This document shows, one piece after another, positions 30,403-43,900 of a stretch of DNA of 64,000 nucleotides. Below the pieces are notes generated by a model. The model ran no database searches. It had not been told where the DNA came from and was given only the letters and a program-made list of their open reading frames with translations. The stretch lies in NCBI GenBank assembly GCA_973895155.1, contig OZ316896.1:23393722-23457721 (forward strand). Direction: 5' to 3'. Numbering within the stretch: the first letter of the stretch is position 1; each line of letters starts with the position of its first letter. A program made the position numbers and the translations under genes. The DNA comes from Marsupella aquatica. Lineage: Eukaryota > Plantae > Marchantiophyta.

Positions 30403-33322
30403 ACTGTCCTTGCTGCAGCTCCCCACCTAGCCGTTTTATCCAACTGGTCCACCTCTTTTACTTCCTCCAGAATTGAAGCTAAAAAGGTGGATTCTATTGT
30501 AAAGCAATCCTCGGTCTCTTCTTCACCTTCCTCCAAGTCACCTTCCATAGGTTCTTGCCATAATCCGTTGGGGGGTACTTCTGGTCCAAAGACACTTTCT
30601 TTGGTTAGGTCAGTGAGGCATTCTAGCCAACGTACTTCATCGGCTGACTCCAGTCCACTGTCATACCCATCTACTTCCCTGATGTTTTTCCTACGGTCAT
30701 CCTTAGTGTCCCAGGATACCGTGATAGAGGGGGTCCCAAAAGTGAACTCCTTCTTACCCCAATCTTCTATTACCTTGGCTAGGTACAGCCATGGTCTGCC
30801 AATTAATATTCGGAACGACGTAGGGTTCACCGGCTTCATCACTACATAGTTAATGCTAAAGAAGATTCCTCCTATCTCAGTCTTGATGCCGGTTAACACT
30901 CCCGTGGGAATGACCTGATACCCATTGGCCATGTTTAACACTCTTCCAGTCATCTCCGGCGTTAGACCCCATCCTTTTGCTGTTGAATCAATCATAATAC
31001 ATACCCCGGATCCTCCATCAATGGGTACCCGTAGTAATATTTCTCCTTGAATCATTAATGGTAATGCTGGGGCTCCTTGATCTTCTTCTATCATCAGCAC
31101 GTCGGATTTGGTTGCTACCTTGGGTAATCGTGGCTTGCCGAGAATCGCCTTCCTTAACTGCTTCCGGAAGTACGGGCTATTTTTCAAAAGTTGACCTACT
31201 ATTGCTGAGACTCTAGACTCTAGCACATCTTTAGCCAGGTCATAGGGAACTATCGGCTTCTCTTCTGGCGGTGTCTCTATCTTGGCTTCGGCCTGTTTTT
31301 CCACGCTGGTTTCCACAGCCCTTGGATCCTTCGAAGCAAACAACACTTTTGCTCATTTCACATCCTTGGCTATGGCTTCGGTATTCTCCAGGGTTTCTAA
31401 TTCTCGCAATTGTTCCTTAACACTAGCCGTAATAGAGGGGTAGAACAACTTAGGATGATCTCGATTGAAGTTGCTGTCCTGTGAAGGATTGGGCTCACTG
31501 GTGGGCTCATGGCTTACCTGTGTTGCCGACGCCTTTCCTTCCCCTTCCGTTGATGTTGACGAAGAGTCGATCCTTTCTTCCTTAACCTTCCCTTTATTTT
31601 TGGCCAGCCCATCCCACCTTTCCTTCCTTCTGGTGGATCGAGTAGAGACCCGGTAGCAATCATGATCCAAATCCTCTTCTGAGAAGGTTGATAGGGCCTC
31701 GGCCTCATCATCAGATGGTCCAAACTCTGCCTCGGCATCCGTTTGCCATCCGAGTTCGATGTGGTTGATTTGAACTCCTCCGGGGGGTACCTGTCGGTAA
31801 AACCTTGACTGGCAAGAGTTTATGATTTGCGGCCAGGCCTGCCAACCAAGTAGGACATTGTCCTAGCATATGACCTTCCTGTCGGCATCCCATACATAGC
31901 TGAGCTGGTTGTCCATCACCTTGTTTATGTGCATTTGGGCATTCCCTAGCAAAATGGCCAGGTTGACCACAATTATAGCATGCCGCAAATCTTTGCACAT
32001 TCGGCCTAGGAGGTACTGACGGATTTTGAATAATCCGAGGATACATCTCTCCCGGATTGTTCCTTAATCCCGACCAGAGAGATGCAGGTCTGTTGGATAG
32101 GTCTTGTGCTCCAGTCTCACTGATGCCGAAAACACTATCAGCGGCATCTCCTAGGAAGTACTCTACTTCTCCCTGACATGGTCTGACCTCAGCCACATGC
32201 CGAACATGACTGGTATTAAGTTTAGGACACGCATCTTTATGGTGTCCGGTTTTATAACATAAGGCACACCATACAGAGCTATCCTCCTGTACTACCTTCT
32301 TCTTTGGTTTTACCTCTGCTATTATAGCCTTAAGCTGCTCGGTAAGGGCTACAATGTTATCTGGTGTTTTAGCCTCTAGCTTGACTTTCATCTTCCCTCT
32401 CCTTCTGCCCTTCCTTTTCCTAGTTTTTTCTTCTTCAGAACTAGAAGATGACTCACTCTTGCTACTTCCACTATCCGAGCTTGAGTTATCACTTCTTGAC
32501 TTCTTAGAATGTTTCTTTTTCTTATCTTTTTTCTTATGGGGTGATCCCTCCTCCGATGAGGAACTCTCAGACTTAAGCTGTTTCTTCCGGCTTGTGATAT
32601 CTGCATTAATGTATAATTGAATATCCTTAATTGCCTCGGCCAAGGTCTCTGGGTTCTCCTTCCTAATTGCAAAACTCATCTTTTGTGGCAAAGCATTCAC
32701 TAACCATTGAAGTTGCATACCTTCAGATGCATTGGTCTTTGTACGTCTTACCAACTTTTGGAAGCGTTGCAAGAACTTTCTGAAGGATTTGTTCTCCTTG
32801 AACCGAAGTCGTCCCAACTTCAGCACTGCTAACTCTGAAGTTCCAATGGGTCAAAATTCTTTGACAAATAGTGATCTAAAAGTATTCTAGATGGCTTGAT
32901 CTTCCACGTCCAATGCTCTGTACCACGGCCTAGCCTCACCTTTGAACAGGCCGGGAAGAATTTGCATCTTGATGGCCGATTCTCCATTTGCTGCAGCGGT
33001 TCCCTCGAAGTCATCCAACCATTCGTCCGGATCCTCATCTCCTCTCCCATGAAAGGCCTTGTAATGAATGCACGACTGTTGGCTCAGTCTGGTCCCTGGC
33101 CTCTCATCTGGCCCTGTCTCTGGTTCCCCATGTCGGTTGGAGACTCACTTCTAAGACCGACTCTTCTTCTGGTATGTCTTCTTTGATGCCACTTTCAGTT
33201 ACGGAGCTACTAGCTCTTTCTGCCCCTCTCAGTCGTTGTGTATCATGCCACCCGGCAAGCTGCTGCAGACGAGCTCTCTCCCATTGAATCGCTCTTTCCT
33301 CCCTCGGCGTAGGGTCAGTCAT
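30333..33322 (-). pseudogene. gag-protease of element 2
   Basis: Gag with three knuckles, then aspartic protease motifs VPIDGGSGVCIM and ILIGRPWL. The frame ends at TAA 30333, just past the slippery site. Confidence 0.88.
30343..30402 (-). promoter_or_regulatory. Candidate -1 ribosomal frameshift signal (element 2)
   Basis: G GAT TTT CCTCA, then perfect stem GGCGTTGTGG/CCACAACGCC. The loop GCCGA is complementary to downstream TCGGC. Confidence 0.72.
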
Positions 33323-33369
33323 TACCTACGCTTCCTTCCTAACTTCATATCTCACGGCTTAAGAAATGC

Positions 33370-33387
33370 CCCCTCCATCTAGCGCCA
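33370..33387 (-). other. Primer-binding site of element 2
   Basis: TGGCGCTAGATGGAGGGG adjacent to the LTR end at 33392. Confidence 0.78.
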
Positions 33388-35507
33388 AAAATGTGGTGCG
33401 TCCCATGGCTCCCCAAACCCAAGAAACCCTCCTGCACAAGCCAATTCCCGCAGGTTTTGTCCTCAGCGAGGCCGTTTCCTCGGCTTAGCGGCATGGGACG
33501 CTGCTAATCCTCTACTACTATTATTAACACTTTACACACATATACTGGACAGATCCTTCATCGGGTCATGAGATACGTAGTCGGCCTAATCTAGGCCTTA
33601 CCTTGCCTTCCCCTCGTCTTCTTTAGGTATATTTGGATTCCGCCGCCGGAATGATCCCCAATTGGCTTGGTTAAGCCGCTAAGACCTCTCTCAGCTCGAC
33701 ACATCTAGCTCTCACTCCCTTGCTTACTTTCGTTCCTATCTTAGTTGATGTGGGCACTCTTCACACAAGTTAATGCGACACACAAATAGCAGAATGACTC
33801 CTTCTGACTGAGTTATACCATGCACTTGCCATACAAACAGTAGATCTCATACACAAGCTCTGCGAACTAAGCCGTGAGGCCAACTCTATTCAGCTCTTAG
33901 GCATGAGGAAACATGATTATACACAAGGGTCACTGCATAACTAACCGAGAGCTTCTCCTACTACTTGATCCCAGCCTGCTGGTGCAACTAAAAACTTGCT
34001 AAAGAAGAGGCCCCGACCTCCCCGCAGCCCAGGTACTTATCCTGGCTGTGGATCCGCCCAATTCCTTGCATCGTAAGCCTAATCTACCTAACTGTAATCC
34101 CGCCGTTGTAAGTTCTCCATCTTCCTTGTGATTTCCTCCAACTCCTCTTGGGTTTTGTCCAGGTCCTTCCGTACCTCCTCCTGCTCCTTCTGGGCCTCCT
34201 TCAACTCCTTCTGGGCTGCTTGCAACTCCTCTGCTAAGGTAGTCCTTTCTTCCTGGGTTGCTCTTAGCTCCTTGTCGAGCTCCTTCACGACTTCAGACTC
34301 CATCTTGTTCATCTTGGCATAAGTCTGATCGAGCTGGTCGTCTTTCTCCCGCAGGTCGGCCTTGAAGCCGGCTGTCAGGGATGCAAGCTCTTGCTGCAGC
34401 ACAATGATCCCTTGATAGGCTTTCCTTAATTCGGCCTCCTTCTGCTCAAGGGCTCCACGGATATCCTCGAGTTCCCCTTTTAATGCCCTCTCCTTTCTCT
34501 GGGTCTCCGCCATGGCCCGATTGTTGGCTGCTAAGTGGGCCTCCTCTGCGTCCCTTAGCTCCCGCTTCCACTTCTCCTTTTCCTTGACTACGCCGGCCAA
34601 CTCTCCTTGGGTCCGAGTCAGTTTATCTTTGATAATCTGATTGTCAGACTGCGTGGTATCCAACTGCCTCTGCATGATGTTTAGCTCATGCCGCTTGATC
34701 CGTAGCTCATCTTGGGCTTTCTTGGCCGTCTTCAGGTCTTCCACGTTGGCTTCCATCTCCCTAAGCCGTCGGATGACCTCGTCCTTCTTGTTTCTCTCCA
34801 AAGCCATCACTTCTTCTAATCGGTGCTTCTCCAACATCTCCCTGCTCCAACTCCTCCCCAAAGATGCTGAGCGCAAGTTCCCCACACATCTCCCCGTACT
34901 CCATGGCTCTATCTTTAGCATAGGTGGAGTAAGTAGAAGTCATCGGCATCAACCACCGCAACCTCTATTCCCAAGCCGTCTTGCGGATCTCTTCTATGGT
35001 GGCAAGAGGGTTGTTTCTTTTTTTGGCAAGCCGCCTGATGTCCTCCGGCCAATCTCCTCTTGGCAAATCTTTTTCCCTAGCCAGGGCTGCCTTCTCTTCC
35101 TCCCTAAGTCGCTTCTGAAACTCTTGTGCCGTTTGCTTGATGTCGTCAAAGCTCGGGGGAGCGACATCTGGTGGGGAGACTCGGGGCTACTCTGCTGGGT
35201 GGGGTCCCCTCGAACTACTCTTGGAAGCGTGGGGATAAACCGGCCACAGGTCCTTACTCCTGGAACATGATGATCCAACCCATAGCCGGAGTTATCATTG
35301 CTGTAGTCCTCCATCGCCTCCTCCACTGCTTGGACTCCCGGCTTCCCCTTCTCTTCTCCGCGGGTAGGAGCCTTAGGCTGTTCTGCCTCGGATTTGGAGC
35401 TTGAGGCTCCCACATACATTCGAACTCCCGGCTCGTGTTCCGGCCTCCTCCTCTCCTTGGCTCCGGTAAAGGGGTTTTCCTTCATGAGTCGTCTTAGGCC
35501 TACCTCT

Positions 35508-35861
35508 GAGGTGTTTACAAAAGACAGCAAACAGGAAACAGGATTTAATAACAGAAACTGGTAACAGGAAAAAAAACTGGTAACAGGAAAATGGGTGGAA
35601 TTTTTTTTGATTTTTTTTTGAATTTGTTTTTGAATTTTTTTTTTTGCGATTTTTTTTTTTCCGGTCAACCAGTTTTTTTTGCCAGCGCCCGACGCTGCTA
35701 ATAGTAGCGTCCAAAGCTAGCCAAAAATGTTGCATTGTTAATTTTTTTGGAAATAACATGTTTTAGGAGACATTTTTAAATTGCCATTTTTCCTGGTAAC
35801 AGCATTTTAAAAACAGGAAAAAAAATCTTGTTTACCTGTTTCCTGTCTCCGTCGCTATACC
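35508..35861. mobile_element. About 354-bp AT-rich non-autonomous DNA transposon (MITE; Mutator- or hAT-like)
   Basis: TSD CCTACCTCT at 35499-35507 and 35862-35870. Imperfect TIRs contain AGACAG(C/G)AAACAGG. Absent from the other LTR copies. Confidence 0.75.
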
Positions 35862-36144
35862 CCTACCTCTGGGGCAGCGTCCTATACTGGTGGGGTTGCC
35901 GGTGCCGGTGCCGGTGCCGTTCGCTTTTCCTTCTCCAGCATCTTCAGCAGATTCTGCATGCCTGGTTGCTGCATCGACAAGTCTTCTTTTCTTGGCCTAA
36001 ACACCTGTTCGATCGTAGGACTAGCAGGCTGGTTGGGCTTCTCTGCTGCCGGCCTCTGTTCCGGAGCTTCCTCTGGTGCCCTTACCTCCAGGGGAAGTAC
36101 TGGGGCAAAGATCTGACTTCGGGCATACCGGCACAACAACGGCA

Positions 36145-38623
36145 TGTGACGCCAATGACATGGTCCTTATTTTGTAATCTGATTAAGTAGGTTGCTGTAT
36201 GCAAGGAGTAGCTATTGATATTGCATAACAATTAGCAAGATGGCAAGAATAAGGGCAATCATGGCGTTAAGAGTAGGGAAATAAAAGCTATGTCGCAGGT
36301 GGTCGATGACCATATCTCTTTCAATATGTCACCAAATCCGGATCTGTAAAGAGCATTGGAAAGATCTGGTCAAGGCGAGTAAAATCGATATAAAACACTC
36401 GAGAAACGGAGGTGTATTAAGAAAGATACCGCCTGATTAGTGTGACGGGTTAACTTGTGGCCAGAATTAGCGGATTCGGCTTCAGTTTCGGGTTAACTCA
36501 AGCTCGACCACGGCTTAGCTTATGTGAGCACGGCTTCAGCTTAGCTCAGGTCAGCACGGCTTCAGCTTAGCTCAGGTAAGCACGGCTTCAGCTTAGCTCA
36601 GGTCAGCGCGGCTTCAGCTTAACTCAGGTAAGCACGGCTTCAGCTTAGGCTTAACCCGGGTTCGGACTAGATTGATCCCGAGTTAGACTTAACTTGGGTT
36701 AGCCTAAACTCGGGCTCAGGTTAGCATAGGTAAGCTCGGGTTCGGGCTCAGCTTAGGCTAGGTTAGCGGATAGTGGATAGCGGGTAGCGGCCTAACCCGA
36801 GACCACGGGTTAGCTCTACTCGGGTTAGATAGGATAGCTAGGTTAGCCGAACTCGGGTTAGCTATGTAACTTGGGTTAGCGCAGCAGTGAGTACCCCCTC
36901 TCGGTTGCGGGGGCATAACTCTCTGTGTATTTGACCAAATCGGCTATAATTGACCTCGTTGGAAAGAGGAGCTCAAGCCGCTTCCAACGCTGCTATCCAC
37001 GCAGCAAATGGTTGAATAGAGAAATCGGGAGAGGAGGCGCAAGCTCGCGAAAACCATGGAGGAGGGCCAAATCCGAAGTACATAACCAATTTGAGATAGA
37101 AATAAAGCTGTGAGTTAGGGTTCAGTAGTTAGAGATAGTGGCGGCTCTGTTAGGGCTGGGATGGGGCTCTAGCAGCGTAGCATCCACCCATTTGGGCTCA
37201 ATGAGAGTATATAGAGCAGCCCCCCGGTAGAGGCAGGGGGGGAACTTCAATTGTGTGATCTCACGTAGATTGAGCAGCAGGGAGGAGCTCTGTGCAAGGA
37301 AGGCTGGGCTTGGAAGCTGTGTGTTGGGGAGAGCTTGGTTGTGCTATTACTCAGGGAGTAATCAGCCACGCTTCACAGCAACAGTTGGCCAGGTTTGCAA
37401 GCTGGATTGTGGCTCTTTCTAGTAGGCAACACAACTGGGTTCTTTTCCCCCGATACAGAGCCTTGGTGAAGGTGATGTGTTGGTGATTGTAAACTGCGGG
37501 GAGGATTTCAATGTGATTTGTGGTGAGCACATTAGGGAGGCTGAGATACTGATCGAGGGGCAGCAGCAGGAGCATTTACAGTTTAGTCTGGCAAGGCTAC
37601 GTGATCCATGGGGAGTCCCGGCCTTTGTCTGGTAGAGAGCACTAAGGGATTTATGGCCAGAGCTGAGCTTGCAGGGCAAGCATGAGGCCGGGCCTCATTG
37701 TAGTCTGGGGTAGATTGCCGTTAGGCCTGGTACCAGCTTTGAAGTCGAGTCAACTGTGCATGCATAACTTGACATTCTGAAATGGAGGTGTGAGATCTGT
37801 ACGTGCCCCCAAGAATGAAGTGCAATGAAGGAGGTTGAGTTCAGGATTGAGTTTGCAAGGCAAGTACGGGATTGGTTCGAGTCCAATTTGCCGTCGCAAT
37901 CTGGAGTGAGCCGGGCTCAGGTTCAGGATTGAGCTTGCATGGCAAGCATGGGGCTTGCGGGGCAAGCACGTCGCAATCTGGAGGAGACAGCCTTCGGGCC
38001 TATTGTTCGGATCAAGTGTTCTCAATGAACTATTGTGCACATCTTTGAATCTAACTGAGTTTTCCTCTCAGGCCTCATTTCTCTCATGGATGTGTGTGTG
38101 TGTGTGAGGCAATCTGAGTGTATGATGAGACTAGCAGCGCCACTGAGAGGTGTACCGGGTGCATTGAAGTGGGTTGGGTGAGGGCTGTCACAGCTCTGAT
38201 TGCTGAGAGTGGAATGGCAGAGTGGTGGGGCAATGGCTTAGAAGTCCCTAAGCCGGGAATCAGTCTGGAGTCACTGGTTTATGGGTACATTCCGGCGGCG
38301 GAATAGAAATATACCTATGACAGGAAGCATACGTATAGACATATGTGCACCGTAGCGCTAGGCCCTGTGTGTACAGGCCCGATATGAAGACCCCTTCTCA
38401 CCAGAACTATCATGAGCACAGGATCTGATTCCCAACCTTGGTTCCTAGGGATTGAGCTTGGGTGATGTGTGACGGAGTCTTGCTATGATAGTCTGGTGTT
38501 AAGGGCATAAATTGGTGTTTACCGGCCTTCACAACATCCCTTCGTGATCCTCAGGTACAAGGAGATGGTTTTGGCACCCATAGTGATGGTTTTGGTGTTA
38601 AGACCCATGTCAATCGCGTGACA
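36145..38623 (+). mobile_element. Family-C solo LTR, 2479 bp, non-coding
   Basis: TGTGACGC...GCGTGACA ends with TSD CGGCA (36140-36144 and 38624-38628). Shares promoter-like and U5 motifs with family B. Confidence 0.88.
36527..36648 (+). repeat. 26-bp tandem repeat (about 4.7 copies) in family-C U3
   Basis: Unit AGCACGGCTTCAGCTTAGCTCAGGT(C/A). Confidence 0.88.
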
Positions 38624-40980
38624 CGGCATGTGATAGCCAAACCGGGATATGCTTCCCATGCCGATCACCTGTTGTTCCTCCCTTAAGATCTTCTTCAATT
38701 GGTTGAGGAGGTACCCGTTGTAGTCCCGGTTTGGGTCTGGCCTCTCTGCCAGGTAGACCTGTGCCTTGCCGATCTCTGCCCTTGGCAAGTTGCAATGCAT
38801 GGTCACCCGCAAGAAATCGATCATCTCTCCGATGTGCGGGTTGGTGCAGGTGTTCCGGAAGAAGCCATTCTTCGTCGATGGCCCCGGAAACAACCGGAAC
38901 TCCTTGTCATGCAAGGTCTTCCTGGTATCTACTTTGGTCTTATTGCCCATCGGCAAGCCAAACACTTCGGCAATCACCTGGGGAGTGAGATAGAAATCCT
39001 TCCCATACCCTCGTGGCATTGGTCTCGGGCTCCCATGACCCCACGAATTCTAATAAGTCTGAATCCGGCACCTCCGGCTTCAGCCATGGTAATTTTACGA
39101 AGGCTTCCAAACCGGATCCAACCATGAAGCCCTGGTACTTTTTGGTCTGCATGGCCGTAAGGCATGCATCCTCCTCTCGTGCAAAATGTAGTTGCACTTC
39201 CTCTGGTAGGGTCGCCGCCCAACCTTTCCAAGTGTCATCCTTGGTTGGAATGGCATTGATGGGATCGACCTCCTCCTCTTCGGCTTCTCCCTGCCTCCTG
39301 CTCTGCTGCTCTGCTGGCTTCCTTGGTGCCGCCGACCTTGTTCTTTTTGCCGGGGTGGCCTCTTTGTTGCTATTTCCTTTCCTCTTCATCTCGGCTGCCG
39401 TGGATATTTCTCCTAGCACGGTTGCCTTTGTCCACCCCTCCGTGCTACCCTTCAACTCCCAGTGCACGTCGTTGCAGCGGTTGATGGCTTCCCGAATACC
39501 GACGATCCTGTTTTTGCAAAACAGAAGGTTGTTGAGCTGATTGGCAGTAGGAGTCCACAAGAACTCGGCCTTGATGAGTTCTCCTCCTAAGAAGGCAGAT
39601 TTTTGCAGCTCCCACAGTCGAGCAAGCTCCTACCGTTCTTGAGCTGCTCTCTCCGATTCTTTGTCCTCGTAAGTCCCAATGTACTCAATTGCCCGTTCGA
39701 ACAGGCATCCCCAAAAATATGCCACTTGATTGACGTTGCTCATACCCTCCGTGAGTCGATCGTCGGTATCTGCTCCTACCCAGAGTGCTCGCCCAAGCAG
39801 CTGACAGTAGTTGGCCTCACGTAGTCGTCTGCCTAGTCCGTGCTTGCAAATGAGCCATCATTCCTCGCGAGCGGTCCTTACCCCTCTCTCTGCCTGGTCT
39901 TCCCTCCCGTTGGTTTACCCCTAGCCGCCGACACTTAGCGTGCCCTAACCCTAATCGTGTTTTCTCCCCCGGCATCCTTACCTCCGGCCTCGGCCCGGGT
40001 TCCATAGTCACCCTTAATTGTTTATATTTTCCTTGTTTTTGTTCCTATACTAATGTGTTTCTAGGGTACACTCCCATTTTCCCACTTAACTGGCCAAGTG
40101 ATTCCTGGCTAGGCATCACAGCTACCTTAAAGAAAGAGTTGGAGGAAGCCCAGAAAGAGTTGGAAGAAGCCCAGAAGGAGCTGAAGGAGGCAAGGAAGGA
40201 CCTGGACAAAACCCAAGAGGAGTTGGAAGAAACCACAAGGAAGATGGAGAACTTACAACGGTGGGCCGACAACCAAACGGAGTGGCTGAAGAAACAGGCC
40301 GCAGTATTTAAGTGCTTAGCTTCATTTGTTCCAACTCCAATTGTGGGAACCCCGTTACCAGGAGTGGTACTGGCCGAAGGACAAGCCCTGATGCCGGAGG
40401 TAGGTGGCAAAGGGAAGGAACCAGATGCCGAAATAGGGAAGAAGAAGAAGCGGAAACCTTCTGGGTCTGGGAGTTATACGGCTTCTCCAGCCGTTGTGAC
40501 CAAGGAGGTAAACCCGGCACCAACCTCCGGCATGGTCACGGCAGTGGATCCACCTGTCTTAGAAGGTGGGGATGGCAAGGCCAAGGCCAGGACAACTATT
40601 GATGAAGCCGTGGTAGCAAACCCCCCACTAGAGCAAGCCGAGGAAACCGTAGCCGGGGAGGCCATGGCCGATGCTGAGGCCGAAGCCGAGGGTGGACCCA
40701 GTCAGGCCGATGAAGAGTTGACTCGGTCCGGGGCAGGTAATCTGTCAGAGGAAGGACCGACGGCAGTGGTTGCGGGGGAAGCGTTGGGGGCGTCCATTGA
40801 GGATCCACCACCGGTGTTGTGACGGTGCAAGGGTGCCGATCCTTTTAGGAAGGGCGGACGTGGAGGTAGGAGGCGTGAGTGGGCAGGGCGGGCTTGGATC
40901 TCCAAGTTTAGGCTTAGGATCAGGACCAGGAGATTGCCCTGACACTTAGATTAGTGGGATGGCGGACCCACTAGTAGGAG

Positions 40981-43900
40981 TGTGATGCCTAGCCAGGAAT
41001 CACTAGGCCGGTTTACATGGTAAAAGCAGGAGTGTACCCTGGAAGCACCTTAGTATAGTAACAAAAAAAGGAATTATAAACAATTAAGGGTTACTATGGA
41101 ACCCGAGCCGAGGCCGGAAGTAAGGTCGCCGGGGGTGAAAACACGATTAGGGTTAGGGCGCGCTAAGCGTTGGCAGCTAGGGGTGACTAACGGAAGGGAA
41201 GACCAGAGGAGGAGAGGGGTAAGGACCGCTCGCGAGGAATGGTGGCTCATTTGCAAGCACAAACTAGGCAGACGACTAAGGGAGGCCAACTACTGTCAGC
41301 TGCTTGGGCGAGCACTCTGGGTAGGAGCAGATACCGACGATCGACTCACGGAGGGTATGAGCAACGTCAATCAAGTGGCACATTTTTGGGGATGCCTGTT
41401 CGAACGGGCAACTGAGTACGTCAGGACTTACGAGGACGAAGAATCAGAGAGAGCAGCTCGAGAATGGCGAGAGCTCGCTCGACTGTGGGAGCTGCAGAAA
41501 TTTGCCTTCTTAGGAGGTGATCTCATCAAAGCCAAATTCTTGTGGACTCCTACTGCCAATCAGCTCGACGACCTTTTGTTTTGCGAAGACAGAGTCGTCG
41601 GCATTCGGGAAGCCATCAACCGCTGCAACGACCTACACTGGGAGTTGAAGGGTAGCATGGAGGGGTGGACGAAGGCAACCTTGCTAGGAGAAACATCCAC
41701 GGCAGCCGAGATGAAGAGGAAAGGAAACAACAACAAAGAGGCCACCCCGGCAAAAAGAACGAGGTCGGCGGCACCAAGGAAGCCAGCAGAGCAGTAGAGC
41801 AGGAGGCAGGGAGAAGCCGAAGAGGAGGAGGTCGATCCCATCAATGCCATTCCAACCAAGGATGACACTTGGAAAGGCTGGGCGGCGACCCTACTAGAGG
41901 AAGTGCAATTACACTTTGCACGGGAGGAGGATGCATGCTTTACGGCCATGCAGACCAAGAAGTACCAAGGCTTCATGGCCGGATCCGGCTTGGAAGCCTT
42001 CGTAAAATTACCATGGCTGAAGCCGGAGGTGCCGGATTCATACTTATTAGAATTCGTGGGATAATGGGAGCCCGAGACCAATTCCACAAGGGTCTATGGG
42101 AAAGATTTCTATCTTACTCCTCGGGTGATTGCCAAAACGTTTGGCTTGCCAATGGGCAATAAGACCAAAGTAGATACCAGGAAGACCTTGCCGGACAAGG
42201 AGTTTTGGTCGTTCCCAGGGCCATCAACGAAGAATGGCTTCTTCCGGAACACCTGCACCAACCCGCACATCGGAGTGATGATCGATTTCTTGTGGGTGAC
42301 CATGCATTGCAACTTGCCGAGGCCAGAGATTGGCAAGGCACAGGTCTACCTGGCAGAGAGGCCAGACCCAAGCCGGGATTATAACGGGTACCTCCTCAAC
42401 CAACTAAAGAAGATCTTGAAGGAGGAACAGCAGGTGATCGGCATGGGAAGCGTGTCCCGGCTTGGCTATCACATGCCGTTGTTGTGCCGGTATGCCAGAG
42501 GTCAGATCTTTGCTCCAGTGCTTCCCCTGCAGGTAAGGGCACCAGAGGAAGTTCCGGAGCAGAGGCCGGCACCAGAGAGGCCCAACCGGCCCAACCAGCC
42601 CGACATTCCAACAATCGAGCAGGTGTTTAGGCCAAGGAAAGAAGACTTGCCGATGCAGCAACCAGGCATGCAGAATCTGCTGAAATTGCTGGAGAAGGAG
42701 AAGAAAATGGCATCGGCAACGGCACCGACACCGGTACCGGCAACGGCACCAATATCGGACACTGCCCCAGAGGCCGGCCTAAACCGACTCAGGAGGGAAA
42801 ACCCCTTTACCGAAACCAAGGAGAGAATTAGGTCGGAACACAAGCCGGGAGTTTGACTATATGTGGGAGCCTCAAGCCCCGAATCAGAGGCAGAGCAGCC
42901 AAAGGCTCCTCCCAGCGAAGAGCAGAGCGATAAGCCGGGAATCCAAGCTGTGGAGGAGGCGGTGGAGGACTACAGCAATGATAACTCCGGCTATGGGTCG
43001 GATCATCATGTTCCAGGAGTAAGGACCTGTGGCCGGTTTATCCCCACGCTTCCAAGAGTAGTTTGAGGGGACCCCAACCAGCAGAGTAGCCCCGAGTCTC
43101 CCCCAACCAGATGTTGCTCCCCCGAGCTTTGACGACATAAAGCAGACGGCACAAGAGTTTCAGGAGCAACTTAGGGAGGAAGAGAAGGCAGCCCTGGCTA
43201 GGGAGAAAGATTTACCAGGAGGATATTGCCCGGAGGACATCAGGCGGCTTGCCGAAAAAAGAAGCGACCCTCGTGCCACTATAGAAGAAATCCGCAAGGC
43301 AGCTTGGGAGTAGAGGCCGCGGTGGTTGATGCCGATGACTTCTATTTACTCCACCTATGCTAAAGATAGAGCCATGGAGTACGGGGAGATGTGTGGGGAA
43401 CTTGCGCTCAGCATCTTTGGGGAGGAGTTGGAGCAGGGACCCTTTTTCCAAAGGGAGATGTTGGAGAAGCACCGATTAGAAGAAGCGGTGGCTTTGGAGA
43501 GAAGCAAGAAGGACGAGGTCATCCGACGGCTTAGGGAGATGGAAGCCGAGGTGGAAGACCTGCAGGCGGCCAAGAAAGCCCAAGACAAGCTACGGAATAA
43601 GCGGCATGAGCTAAACATCATGCAGGGGCAGTTGGATACCGCGTAGTCTGATAATCAGATTATCAAGGATAAACTGACTCGGACCCAAGGAGAGTTGGCC
43701 GGTGCAGTCAAGGAAAGAGAGAAGTGGAAGCGAGAGCTGAGGGGCGCGGAGGAGGCCCACTTAGTAGCCAACAATCGGGCCATGACGGAGACTCAGAGAA
43801 GGGAGAGGGCATTGAAGGGGGAACTCGAGGATATCCGCGGAGCCCTTGAGCAAAAGGAGGCCGAGTTAGGGAAATCCTATCAAGGGATTATTGCGCTGCA

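Larger units (their letters stand above)
19901..40120 (-). mobile_element. Ty3/gypsy family A element 2 (decayed subfamily variant with three nested insertions)
   Basis: 5' LTR 40120-33392, PBS, gag-pro, pol, PPT, then 3' LTR 27165-19901 (distal end lost). Confidence 0.88.
33392..40120 (-). repeat. 5' LTR of element 2 with a decayed LTR ORF, an internal deletion (about 34098) and two insertions
   Basis: Termini TGTGATG (40120) and CACCACA (33392). ORF fragments at 38940-39560, 38519-39019, 35882-36145 and 34088-34921. Confidence 0.88.
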
